This document shows, one piece after another, positions 25,376 through 40,319 of a stretch of 64,000 nucleotides of DNA. The position numbers and the translations under genes are program-made. How positions within the stretch are numbered: position 1 is the first letter of the stretch; the number at the start of each line of letters is the position of its first letter. Source of the DNA: Octopus vulgaris (Eukaryota); the NCBI GenBank assembly GCA_951406725.2, contig OX597827.1, positions 75,578,001-75,642,000 of the forward strand, in the 5' to 3' direction. Under the pieces are notes generated by a model. That model did not search any database. It saw only the letters and a list, made by a program, of their open reading frames with translations, and was not told where the DNA came from.

Positions 25376-26429
25376 TGTTGTGGTTCAATTTGAGGACCGT
25401 TGACGGCGACCTACATTTGGCAATGAATCCATTGTTCTGCCAGATGCGGGTTGATTAATTAGCTCTGGGGAAACTTCCTGACCCCGTCAGGTGAATTAGA
25501 GTTCAGTGTGTGAGAGACAGTGAGAGAAATATTGAGTGCCGAAAAAGACAGATTAAGGAATCTGGGGGCTTGTCATGAGAGATACAGTAGAGTGAGAGGA
25601 TGAAGGGCTGAGAAAGACAGATTAAGGAATCTGGGAGCTGTCATGAGAGATGACAGTAGAGTGAGAGAGAATGAGGGGCAGAGGAAGACAGGCAGAGAGT
25701 ATTGCAGAGCTAAGAGAGAGAGAGAGTGATTGCGACAGAGCTAAGAGAGATTGCGGGTAGTGACAGAGCAAGAGGTTTTTGGGCAGTCGGTATTTGGTAG
25801 TCAAGGCGAGCGGTTGGATTTAGGGGTGAGGATTTGGAATTCAAGGCAAGCGGTTAGCAAGTTGGATTTAGCAGTGCTAAGAGAGATGGGGTACAGTATG
25901 AGACATTGGCTATTATAGTAGGAACTAAGGTACGTGAATTGTGTATTGATATGTGAAGAAAAAGAATCGATGTATTGAAATGTAAAAGAAATGAGACAGT
26001 AAAAAAAGAACAATGTGAACTGTGTAAAGACATTGTGTACAGAGTTGTTGAAAAGAACTGTGTAACGAACATTGAACTGTATATGCTTTTAATGTCCTTT
26101 GAACTGTAACGTTAATGTGATTTGAAACAGAACTGTTGTCTCCGGACAGTTTAAATGCTTTGATCTGTGGTATACCTGTATGATGTATTGAGTTGTTTAA
26201 TTCGACGTGTCCTCTTTAAATGTATCTGATATATATTTGATGTAATAATTAATAGTCATATAAACTAGTACGTTAAATGTGAGCCAATTGCCTTCTTTGT
26301 GTCTCTCTCGGTTGCCTCTGTATCTCTTCTTGCGGCTGCTGTTGTAGTTGTTGTTGTCTCTCTCTCCGAGTTTCCGTGGCGAACATTTGCTGATCGACCG
26401 GGCGACGGCAGGTGGTCCGTAACAATACA
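25376..26429. mobile_element. Possible solo LTR
   Basis: About 1 kb block starting TGTTG and ending AACAATACA, embedded in TA runs, with an internal duplicated gaaaagacagattaaggaatctggg; no ORF. Confidence 0.35.
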
Positions 26430-26834
26430 TATATAATTTATATTTTTATATTATATGATCGAACGCCATGCATCCATTTCCAAGTAAGTTTTATCTTAAT
26501 AATTCTGATGCGGCACTTATATCACTATCTGCCTCTATTCTTTCTTTCTCTCCTACCCTGTCTCTATTTCTCCTCCTCCCCTTCACTGTTCTCTATCTTT
26601 CCCTCACTCTTCCTCCTTGACTCTCTCGTTGCTCACACGTGACCAGCGGCTATCTTGCTTTCTCCTCCTTACGCTACAAGCGACAACACACATTTTTGCC
26701 TGTCTCCTGTCAAAGCTCGTTTCTCCAGTGTTCACCCCTTCACTTCATTATGGCTAAACAGTCCTTACCGTTTGTTTTTGCTGCTTTGTTTTTACTGTCC
26801 TGTTTTTGTTACCACGTTAACCCTCCACAAATCT

Positions 26835-27136
26835 CAAATTTTATTTAATTTGCTTTGCAGGAACGACTGTTTTGATGAAGATGCATCTTGTCCTAAACGT
26901 CCGAAATGCAGAGTAGATAAAACAGAGGGCACTGATGAAGGGATTGTTCTTTAGGTTGCCTGTGTAGTTTCTCTATTTGTTTCTTTCGTAGTTCAAAAAA
27001 AAGTTCGTTTTCCATGTTTTTGTTTATTCATGTTCTCGTTTCTCATGTTGTTCATGTTCTTTTGACATCTTGTACCCATATATGCATGTGTATATACATA
27101 CGTAGGTATGTACATGCATGATGTATGTAGGTTTGC

Positions 27137-27171
<35 letters not shown>

Positions 27172-27390
27172 ATACAAAATGGGACAAGAACGCAAAACAT
27201 CCGGACAACCAGGTGATACAAAAAGGGACAACAAAACATCCAGACAGACGATATAAAATATAAAAATAACAAGGATGGGTCATCATTCGAAGCTGTCTAT
27301 CCTCAGTCAAGAACCAGATCATCCTCGCAATTTTAGCTGATTAACCTTGAGATTGCTCCAATCTGGCCAACCCCAAGGAAAAACTAAGCA
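26835..27390. mobile_element. Penelope-like terminal-repeat fragments
   Basis: 27170-27390 is inverted-homologous to 3015-3215; ctgatgaag..cgaaa motifs. Confidence 0.45.
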
Positions 27391-27393
27391 ACA

Positions 27394-28104
27394 CGAGGCT
27401 AGGACTCGCCATGGAGTGAATATTCGGCAGCTTTTAACTGTTTGTTCCAACGCTTCATCTTTGTATCCCGCAAGTCTGGCCAATCTCCTGATGTGGCAAA
27501 CACGTCGACCTCTTCACTCGTCCACTTTGCTTTCCCCAGTGAACCATATGCCATAAATGACCCTTCCGTAAAAGCCTCTATCAGCCGAACATCTATTTTT
27601 TCTTCGCTTAACTGGTCCTTCTCCTCTATTTCCAGGTATAGTGCCAACGCCGATCCATCGAGGTACAATGGAATGAAACTCGATAGGTCATATATACCGT
27701 GGTGTCTTGCCACCAACTTAATTTTTATCAACCAAGCGGCGGTGTCTCCCTCGCCGCAAAATAGCCTAAACGTCTCGTTCGAAACAGGAACCATACCAAT
27801 CATTTTTTTTTTTTTTCTTTTTGAGCCGAAATAGCTTGTGATGTGAAGGAGGAAAAGACAGAAGCAGAGGGAGAATTGCGGTAGTCTTACCTATCGATCT
27901 GGAAGGGTCACTCACAATGTCCGCATACTCTGTCTGTCGCCGTACCATCTAACAGGTCTGCTCTCGTACGCTATCCACTGCCAACTTACTGCTTACATTT
28001 CGCCAACACCGCATGCCCACTGCGGCCATTCTGGTGGGACCCACAGTCCCCACTTCCGACAGGACATGCGTACTACCTTAGTTCCGGTCCTTCTCTACAC
28101 TACA
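27394..28104 (-). mobile_element. Gypsy LTR retrotransposon 5' LTR (27837-28104) + gag fragment
   Basis: LTR homologous to 579-848; gag-like ORF 27399-27803 (FCGEGDTAAWLIKIKLVA..FIPLYLDGSALALYLE). Confidence 0.75.
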
Positions 28105-28219
28105 GAATCAAAAGGTAATCGATGATTCTTTGTATAGTCACACTTTCAAAACTCTCCACAAGTTCCCTATAACTTCGCTGAATTATAGTTGTATTCAACA
28201 ACTGCTGTATTCCAGACAT
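28100..28219 (-). pseudogene. 5' end of a CARD-family paralog disrupted by LTR insertion
   Basis: Translates MSGIQQLLNTTIIQRSYRELVESFESVTIQRIIDYLLIL* (cf. MAALQQMSNAKIIQRYYEVLVKSLDSVGIKKIIDRLL). 5' flank 28220-28306 is homologous to 21924-21995 and 6860-6898. The stop is supplied by the LTR start. Confidence 0.85.
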
Positions 28220-28399
28220 CGTGTTCTAAGTATGCTTTGACATTCAGTGTTGTATGTGGGTAAACACGGAAATGTTTGCTGGTGAATTTCCTAACTACAC
28301 AACTACATCTGTAGAAAGCTTTGTAGCAGGTATATTTTGAACGGAAATCAACTAGAGTTGTTCCGTGAATATTTTCTTTTGGCGCTAAAATACAAGTTT

Positions 28400-28792
28400 A
28401 GGATCTTTTCGGTTTGACCGGCAGTTTTTTAAAATAATTTCCACGTAACTAAACTCTTTTAAACTTCGTATACTGATAGAATGTGTTTATAAAACATCTT
28501 TTTCTCTTGGCTTTATTGAGAACATTCTATGGTTTGTAAGATATTTGTTGTTGTTTTTCTGCAATTTCAACCAATCAATGACGTCTATTGAGGTGAAAAC
28601 ATTATGTGCCGTATATGTCCCTCGTTTAAGAAACAGATTGGGTTTATTTACATTTCTAAAGAAAAAAGATACCCTTCCCCCTAACCCTAAAACAGATTGA
28701 AATGCAATAGATCGATACTAGGGTCATAATTATGGGTGAAAACTTCATATGACACCGCTAGAAAAAACTGCCGGTCAAACCGAAAAGATCCT
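28400..28792. mobile_element. MITE with perfect about 30-bp TIRs
   Basis: aggatcttttcggtttgaccggcagtttttt ... aaaaaactgccggtcaaaccgaaaagatcct; aagttt(a) on both flanks may be a TSD. Confidence 0.85.
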
Positions 28793-30306
28793 AAGTTTAG
28801 AGAAAGTCTATTTAAAAAAGATTATTTTGATAGGCCTAAGAAAGTATTAGCCGAAACCGTCGCCTAGCAGAGGTAACTGAGGGCGCTTGGTTGTTCCCGT
28901 GCATCAGCCGCGGCAACACTGCAAGTATACTGGCGTACCTCAATAGCCATTAGAGAGGTTTTCCAGTGCCCAAAACTTTCTACTTGTACGAGTAATATGA
29001 TACCGTAACAATTTATTATTGAGTTTCTAAATATGTATGAGAGGTTATTATTGTTAAATTAATTTATCATATATATATATATTTTTACTTATTTAAATTG
29101 TTATTTACAGTATATCCTTCTGTTAATAAACTATAGACCAAAAGTTGTTCTGAAATTAAGTTCCTGGACGCTTTTAGTAATGTCCAAAGTAGCTTATATA
29201 AACCCAGGATTTCCGATATTTTTTTTAGTGACATTTAAGCTGCTGCCGGAGGCTTTGTCACTCACATCTGTATGTCTTGTAGTAATGAATTATGATTCAC
29301 ACTCGTTAAATAGGCATTGCTTTATCTATATTCTCCATCACGACCTTAAGTCGTTTACCTAAATTCTTCCCAGAGTCGGTTGAAGAATTAGTTAAGAAAT
29401 TTGATACTTGTCATTCTTCTCGATAAGTAAATTCTTAGAAGAAAAGAAATTAGGGAAGGCCTTTTTAGCACATGCTTTCTCGTAAGTTCAAAAGTAAACC
29501 AAGGGAGAGCACTCCTGTTACATTTATGATGCTGGATTTGAATTTTAAAAAATAACATTGAACAAAATCTTGCGAGTCAGATTTCTATGATTTCTTTGAG
29601 TATTGGTTTGAAAACAACCTGCGAGTTACTCACGAATAATCTTAATCTCGAAAATATAATAAACAAAGAAAAGGTTAAACATGTTTATTGTTATCTATAA
29701 TACATTAAGAGTCAGTTTGAATATTGCTTGCTTGCATGCAAAGTTACTGAGCCAAACTGGCGCATAATGGGAAAATACTATGAATTAAGCTTACCTTGAA
29801 ATGTTAATATGAACAAAATGAAACAAGTTTCGCGTAAATCAGTAAAGTAGTTCCTGAGATATTAGAGATTTTCGGAATATAAATACCCCAAGCGGTGTAC
29901 AATGGGAAGATGTTCCGAAAATAAGCTTCACCCTGGAAGGGAAGAAACTTTCATCTTTTTATTAGACAGCGAGTTGACAACGAAAAAATATGATTTTTTT
30001 CCTACAGTATTTTCGCCTTTATTGAACACAATATTTGAATCATTTAGAAATATTTTTAAGTGAATGTCTTTACAAAAATGTAAGTTATTTACATTATGTT
30101 GTTCTGTTATATTTTAGCTTTCTTTAAACAGATAATATTTTAATGTTTTTAAAATTATTTTCAGGTGAATTCTATTACAAAAATTATTTTTGGCATATTT
30201 TAAAAATATTCTAAAGTGAAAATGACTTTAAAAATACGGTAAATATTTTATAAAAGACCCGTTCGTAACCTCAGTATGAAATAGTTTTTTTTTTCCATAG
30301 GTTTTT

Positions 30307-31270
30307 GTGAATGGCAAACTGCCAAGCAAGCTGAAGGAGGGAATAATATGCCCAATACATAAAGGGAGAAGTAGAGCAGATGCCAAAAACTATAGGCCTA
30401 TCTCTCTGACTTCACACATCAGCAAAGTCATGGAACGGATAGTCAGAAAGAAACTAATCGCATTCCTTGAGGAAAATAACTTGCTGAGTAATACCCAGCA
30501 TGTAGGAGCTGCCTGACCCAGCTCTTACAACATTATGACTGGGTGTTGAGGCAGTTACTCAACAAATCAAATGTGGACGTAATCTACCCTGATTTTGCAA
30601 AAGCTTTTGACAAGGTGGATCATGGTATGATATGCCACAAACTACGTGACCTCAGCATAGCTGGAAAACTTGGAGTGTGGTTGCATGACTTCCTGAAAGA
30701 TAGGAGTCAGGCAGTAGTGGTTAATGGAGCCAACTCTATGAACACACAAATAGTGAGCGGTGTTCCACGGGGCACTGTCTTGGGACCACTGCTTTTTATA
30801 GTGGCCCTCTCAGATATGCCCTCAAATGCCCGGATAGCCACTCTGGCCAGCTATGCAGACGATACGAAAGTCTCGCAGAAAATACAGAACCCCAGCGATG
30901 TTGCACACCTGCAGCAGGAGTTGGACTCAATCTACAGATGGGCTGAGGATAATAATATGCAGTTTAATGCTGAAACATTCCAGGCCCTGCACTACCAGCA
31001 TCCAAAACTGAATATTAAACTTACAGGATACACCAGTCCACAGGGAATTTCAATCCCAGAGCCTAAGTCTGTGAGGGACCTGGGTATCGACATGAGTGAT
31101 GATACCTCTTTCCAAGTGCACATTACCAGGATGGCGACAAAGTGCAGACGACTGGCTGGGTGGATCCTAAGAACATTAGTCTGGCGGACATTCGTCCTCA
31201 GTCGCCTGGATTACTGCTCACAGCTATGGTCACCCACCAGTGTAAAATTAACAGCAGACCTTGAAGAAAT
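30307..31270 (+). mobile_element. LINE reverse transcriptase fragment (CR1/L2 group)
   Basis: [56 protein letters not shown]; frameshift near 30510. Confidence 0.9.
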
Positions 31271-31313
31271 ATATATATATATACATACATATATATATAC
31301 ATACATACATACA

Positions 31314-31347
<34 letters not shown>

Positions 31348-31353
31348 CATACA

Positions 31354-31387
<34 letters not shown>

Positions 31388-31404
31388 CATACATATATAC
31401 ATAC

Positions 31405-31441
<37 letters not shown>

Positions 31442-31648
31442 CACATATATATATACATACATATATATATACATACATATATATATACATACATATATAT
31501 ATACATACATATATATATACATACATATATACATACATATATACATACATATATATATACATATATATATACATACATACATATATACATACATACATAT
31601 ATACATACATACATATATATATATACATACATACATACATATATATAT

Positions 31649-31681
<33 letters not shown>

Positions 31682-31707
31682 CATACATACATACATACAT
31701 ACATACA

Positions 31708-31739
<32 letters not shown>

Positions 31740-31745
31740 CATACA

Positions 31746-31777
<32 letters not shown>

Positions 31778-32045
31778 CATACATACATATACATACATAT
31801 ATACATACATACATATATACATATATATATACATACATACATATATACATATATATATACATACATACATATATATATACATACATACATACATACATAT
31901 ATACATACATACATATATATATACATACATACATATATATATACATACATACATATATATATACATACATACATATATATATACATACATACATATATAT
32001 ATACATACATACATATATATATACATACATACATATATATATACA

Positions 32046-32077
<32 letters not shown>

Positions 32078-32322
32078 CATACATATATATATACATACAT
32101 ACATATATATATACATACATACATATATATATACATACATACATATATATATACATACATACATATATATATATATACATACATACATATATATATACAT
32201 ACATACATATATATATACATACATACATATATATATATATACATACATACATATATATATACATACATACATATATATATACATACATACATATATATAT
32301 ATATACATACATATATACACAT
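31269..32322. repeat. Compound (TA)n/(TACA)n microsatellite, about 1.05 kb
   Basis: Directly visible; explains the stop-free I/Y/H/T and M/Y/V/C ORFs. Confidence 0.98.
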
Positions 32323-34426
32323 GATTGATTGATTGATTCTAGTTTCAGCTTATGAGCTGTGGCCATGCTGGGGCACCGCCATTTGGTGTTGCTACTTGGT
32401 TTCACTTCATGGAGGCTTTCTAGCAACTGCTATTTGGTGCATGAGAGAGTTCGATGCAGCTGCTCTCATCTGCCCCTCCTGCCGTGAAGTTGGTTCATCT
32501 GGGACACCTGACAGGAAGAGATCCAGCTCCATTTTAAAGACATCTGTATCCACCCCATGCAGGTCTCTCAGGTTCTTCGGGAGGATATTGAAGAGCTGTG
32601 GGCCTCGGAAGCCCAGGCTATCACAGAATCTTGTCCTACATCTTGATGGCAAGTTTGGAGTCCTAGGCACCACGCAGTGGCGCCCAGTTCTGGCATTTGC
32701 GTAACTCTCGATGCCAAAGTTCAGGACACTTCCCTCCAGGATCTTCCAGATGTATATTATGGCATATCTTTTCCGCCTACGCTCCAGGGAATATAATTTT
32801 AATCTCTTGAGTCTTTCCCAGTAGCTTACATTCTGCATAGAGGCTATCTTCTTCGTGTAGCTTCGTTGGATCGCCTCAAGTTCTGTGATCAACTTGACAC
32901 TGGATGGTGACCATAGCTGAGAGCAATAGTCAAAGTGGACAAGTGTCTTCCAGAGGACCATCATGGTTTCTTGTTCTCTTGTTCTAAAGGTTCTAAGAAT
33001 CCATCCAGCCAGCCGTCTGCATTTCATTGTCAGTTTAGCAACATGTACATGAAAGGTCGCGTCATCACTCATGTGAATACCCAGGTCACGCACTGATTGT
33101 GCCTCTGGGATTGCAATCCCTCCGGGTCCAGTGTATTCCTTGGGTATTGCATTCAGTTTTGCATGCTGATAGTATAAAGCTTGAAACTTTCCAGCATTGA
33201 ACTGCATGCTATTGTTTTTAGCCCACTTGTATATTTCGTCCAGCTCACATTGCAGGTGCTTAGTGTCCTCAGGGTTCTGTATTGCCTGTGAAACTTTTGT
33301 ATCGTCTGCATAACTTGTGATCGTGGCTCTCTGCGTGGCTGAGGGCATGTCTGAGAGGGCCATTATGAACAGTAGTGGTCCCAGAACAGTGCCCTGCGGA
33401 ACACCGCTCACTATTTGTGTTTTAATGGAGGTGGCCCCATTGGCTACTACCACCTGACTTCTATCCTTCAGAAAGTCATGAAGCCATTCTCCCAGTTTTC
33501 CAACTATGTTGAGATCACGCAGTTTGTGACATATCATTCCATGATCGACTTTATCAAAGGCCTTTGCAAAGTCGATCATTCCATGATCGACTTTATCAAA
33601 GGCCTTTGCAAAGTCGAGATATATCACTTCCACATTTGAGTGGTTGAGCAGCCGTTTCAGCACCCAGTCATAGTGTTGTAGGAGCTGAGTTAAACAGCTT
33701 CTCCCTGGTCGGAAACCATGTTGGGTGTCGGGCAGCAAGTCATTCTCTTCAAGGAAGGTGATCAGCTTCCTTCTGACTATTCGTTCCATGACCTTGCTGA
33801 TGTGTGAGGTCAGAGAGATAGGTCTATAGTTCTTGGCTTCCGCTCTGCTACCTCCTTTATGAATGGGGCATATTTTACCTTCCTTCAGTTTTCCTGGAAG
33901 TTTGCCAGCTGCAAGGAAGCTCTGAAAGAGGAACTGCAGTGGTCTTGCTAGGACTCTCTTACATGCTTTTAGGAGGATTGCCGGGAATCCATCAGGGCCA
34001 GTAGCTGAGTCTGTTTTCATTTCATCTATAGCCTTCGTTACATCGTCTTCCTTTATATCGATGTAATCTATCGTCGCCGCCTCTGATTTTATATCTGCAG
34101 TGGTAAAAAAGTCAGTTGGATTGGTGATTTGGAGATGCCCAAGGGGTGGAGTGAAAACACTCTTGAATTGCTCATTCAGTATTTCACTTACCCTCATTGG
34201 TTTTCCTGTAAGTGTGCCATCCTTTTCGAGGAGTGGCCCTATTCTACAGTGCACTGTAGCTGTTTCTTTGGCATACCTGTAGAAAGCTCTGGGGTTAGAT
34301 TTTATGTTTTCTATAGCCCAGGCTTCTTTGTCTGCTCTTTCTTTTTCATGGGAGAGTTGCAGACATTTTTCGATTTCCAACAGTTTTATTTTTAGGCGGG
34401 ACTTTTCACTGCTTTCAATCTGTTTG

Positions 34427-34428
<2 letters not shown>
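32323..34428 (-). mobile_element. LINE ORF2 3' half (RT to C-terminus, 3' UTR, (ATCA)n tail), same family as 30307-31270
   Basis: Open frame from about 34428 to 32407 with [57 protein letters not shown]; tail tgattgattgattgatt at 32322-32338. Confidence 0.9.
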
Positions 34429-36820
<2,392 letters not shown>

Positions 36821-36822
<2 letters not shown>

Positions 36823-37216
36823 TAGCAGTATCGCCCGGCGTTGCTCGGGTTTGTAAGGGAAATAACTATATAAGCATTTCTAGAGATGTAAAGTATAATA
36901 GCCATCTCAATATGGCTAACCACAAAGGGGAGGGGTGTTACTGTAGCTTTTTACGTTCTGAGATTTAATAATAAATTTTAGAGAGTTACTTCCCTTATAT
37001 ATGTCAAAAATGGATTAAAAATGGGAAAAATTGATGGTAAATTTTTTTTTAAATCGTAGACTCATCGTAGACGTGCGCTAATACCCAGACGGTCTCGATA
37101 TGAATCACGACTATAAGATACCCGGTTTTGGTTAAACTGCACCGCAAAATGTGGGAGTAGTTAGGAATCTAAATCGTAGGAGACAGACACACAACCTCAC
37201 TTTTATATATAAAGAT
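36821..37216 (+). mobile_element. Non-autonomous Helitron-like element
   Basis: Starts ACTAGcagtatcgCCCGGCGTTGCTCGGG (hairpin) and ends gacagacacac..ttttatatataaagat, an architecture seen in invertebrate Helitron-derived repeats. Confidence 0.55.
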
Positions 37217-37377
37217 TTCCTCTATTTACATAATATTGAGGTCTCTTTCTTTCTTTTGTTATCTTACTGTTTTTACCAATATACATATATATATATATAT
37301 AAATATATATATAGTTACAGAGATGTACTTGCATAGCAAGTGACTTGATCTGAGATCGTGTGCTGGAACGAAAACAG

Positions 37378-37636
37378 TTGCAGCGTTGAAGGTGTTTATA
37401 AGCCATTTAAGAAACACACAAAAACCGTTAGATTCACTTCAACATTTAAATTTAATTTGTCAAAATATTTTCGTCGCTTTGAGACCGCGACCTGTTAGCA
37501 CGATATTTTTGTTAGTGAACAGGTCGCGGTCTCAAAGCGACGAAAATATTTTGGCAAATTAAATTTAAATGTTGAAGTGAATGTAACGGTTTTTGTGTGT
37601 TTCTTAAATGCCTTACAAACACCTTCCACGCTGCAA
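37378..37636. repeat. Inverted repeat, about 119-bp arms, about 21-bp spacer
   Basis: Arms ttgcagcg..cgcgacctgtt and aacaggtcgcg..cgctgcaa; single-arm copies at 39056-39190 and 50075-50260. Confidence 0.9.
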
Positions 37637-38631
37637 TATATATATACACACATATATATATATGTATGTATGTATGTATGTGTGTATATGTGTATGCATG
37701 TATGTGTGTGTGTGTGCGTGTCTGTGTGTGTGCGTGTCTGTGCTTGTGATTGTCCTCCACCACTGCTTGACAACGAATGTTGGTTTGTTTACATCCCTGT
37801 CACCTAGTGGTTTGACAAAGGAAACAGATAGAATAAGTACAATGCTTACAAAAATAAAACTGGAGTTGATTCATTAAACTACAATTCTTCAAGGCATTGC
37901 CCCAGCATGGCCACAGACCAATGGCTGGAAAAAGCAGAAGAATAAAAGAATACATTCTCTGCTTTGGTCTTATGTTCAAGGCATGAGAAAGCTTGAGTTT
38001 ACATGAGAAGGCCTAACAGACCTGGTAGAAACAGCAGCCAAATCTCCCTCAAATCACACCTTACTGTCTTATGTATGTATATATATATATGAGCCAATGA
38101 GGGGGACCTCTACATGGTAGCTAGACCTGGTAGAAATAGCAGCCAAATTTCCCCCAAATCACACCGTATGAGCCTATGAGGGAGACCCCTACATGGCAGC
38201 TAGACATGGTAGAAATAGCAGCCAAATCTCCCTCAAATCACACCTTACTGTCTTATCTTTCTGCTACTTGGATATAGGTCTTATATTCGTCGTAAAAAAC
38301 TTTCCTGTCACACACTCACACACACACACACACACACGCACCCTCACACACACACACACGCGCACACACACACACGCACGTTAGCTTACAATTTTATTTA
38401 TATATTTGCGTGTCTATGTGTGGAAAGAGGAAGTGGGAGGCAGAGTGAAAGAATCACTCACTACAGTAAGTGAATTACTTTCATTTTATTCGTTGCCCAC
38501 TGTGTGTGTGCGTTTGCGTGTGGTGTAAACCAGACTAAGAAAAGCATTTGACACACACACCAGAATGTGAGTTTTCTGTAAATTTTGCTTAATTGGAGTT
38601 TAAATTTTAAAAACTGGACCTGGCATGACGC

Positions 38632-38970
38632 GATGCATTGTACTCTTAAAAATGCTAGGTAAATTGTAATTGAAGAAATCCTATATTGTAGATTTCTATA
38701 ACTCCCAAAGAGAGGCAGATAAAATCTGCCTTTTATAATAAGAGATGCATTGTACTCTTAAAAATGCTAGGTAAATTGTAATTGAAGAAATCCTATATTG
38801 TAGATTTCTATAACTCCCAAAGGGAGGCAGATAAAATCTGCCTTTTATAATAAGAGATGCATTGTACTCTTAAAAATGCTAGGTAAATTGTAATTGAAGA
38901 AATCCTATATTGTAGATTTCTATAACTCCCAAAGGGAGGCAGATAAAATCTGCCTTTTATAATAAGAGAT
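38632..38970. repeat. 3 x 112-bp tandem repeat with terminal hairpin
   Basis: Units start at 38632, 38744 and 38856; each ends aggcagat-aaa-atctgcct-tttataataaga. Confidence 0.95.
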
Positions 38971-39000
38971 ATATACATATACATATATATACATATATAT

Positions 39001-39043
<43 letters not shown>

Positions 39044-39241
39044 CATATATATATAACAATTGCAGCGTGGAAGGTGTTTATAAGCCATTTAAGAAACACA
39101 CAAAAGCCGTTTGATTCACTTCAACATTTAAGTTTAATTTGTCAAAATATATTCGTCGCTAAAATCCGCGACCTGTTCACTGACAAAGTCCGTGCTGCAT
39201 CACACACACATACATACATACGTACATATATATATATAAAT

Positions 39242-39535
39242 GCACAATGGCCCAGTGATTAGGGCAACGAACTCGTGGTCATAGGATCATGATTTCGATT
39301 CCTAGACCAGGCGTTGTGAGTGTTTATTGAGCGAAAACACCTAAAGTTCCACAAGGCTCCATCAGGGGTGGGGGCGATCCCTGCTGTACTCTTTCGCCGC
39401 AACTTTCTCTCACTCTTCCTTCTGTTGCCCTGCTCGCTTATCCAGCAGGGTGGCGTCATTTGGAGGCTAAAACAATGCAAAGCGCATTGTGACCAGTGAT
39501 ATGTAGCAACATCTGATAGCCTGGTCGGTCACGGT
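39242..39535 (+). mobile_element. tRNA-derived SINE (family C)
   Basis: Head tggcccagtgattagggca..tttcgattcc, shared with 61147-61524 (-). Confidence 0.7.
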
Positions 39536-40319
39536 GTTATATATAAGCACATTGCTGTTTCTTCTCTGTCTCTCACTAATACATCAATAATAATTATAAA
39601 TACGAAAGCAACATCAACACATGTCCATGGACAGTGCTTTCTCAAAAAGCGCAGTAAAGACGGACTCATAAGAAAACTAACCAAAAATAAAAATAAAAAG
39701 GAACGACAAGTAGATAAACAGGAATACTATGAAATGGTCGATTTATGATTTACTCACATTCCTATGCAACACTCCTCCAAAAAACTTAAAGGAATAGACT
39801 CATACAGTAAATACCCAATAAAACAAACAGAGCCCACAACATGTGCAATAGTAGTTCGATACCCAACAGAAGAACACAACCTGCACTGCACAAACAACAC
39901 ACAATACAAAAACTAATACAACAAAAGACTGAAACCAAACCCCATAACAAAACATAATCATGCAATACAATATTCCCCCGAGAAAAACAAAATGAAACAA
40001 ACAACTGCACCAACACAAAAGTGCAGCAAGTGATTTGGGTATGTTTAAAGTGACTGAGCAGAGACTAGTAAGATCAAGCTAATGCTATTAAGAGAAGTAA
40101 GTAGATGACAGAATTGGAGGGGGAAGAGAACTGGGGAAGGAAGACCAGGCAGTAGGAAAGACAACAACATAGGAGATACAGTTTGAACCAAAGAAGAATG
40201 TAATGGAAAAAATGAAAATAGTACTACCAGTAAGGAAGAGACAACTAGCACCAGCGATTTAAGTGACTGAAGTGAGGAAGATCAGAAGATTTTAGCTGAG
40301 TTGCAGGAAGTAATGAGTA

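Noticed and set aside
579-28104. The two LTRs as ends of a single 27-kb element carrying the genes
   Set aside because: The LTRs are visibly diverged, no shared TSD was found and the intervening DNA is host/segmental; more likely independent insertions.
38632-38970. CRISPR-like array
   Set aside because: Eukaryotic context; units are identical tandem repeats without unique spacers.
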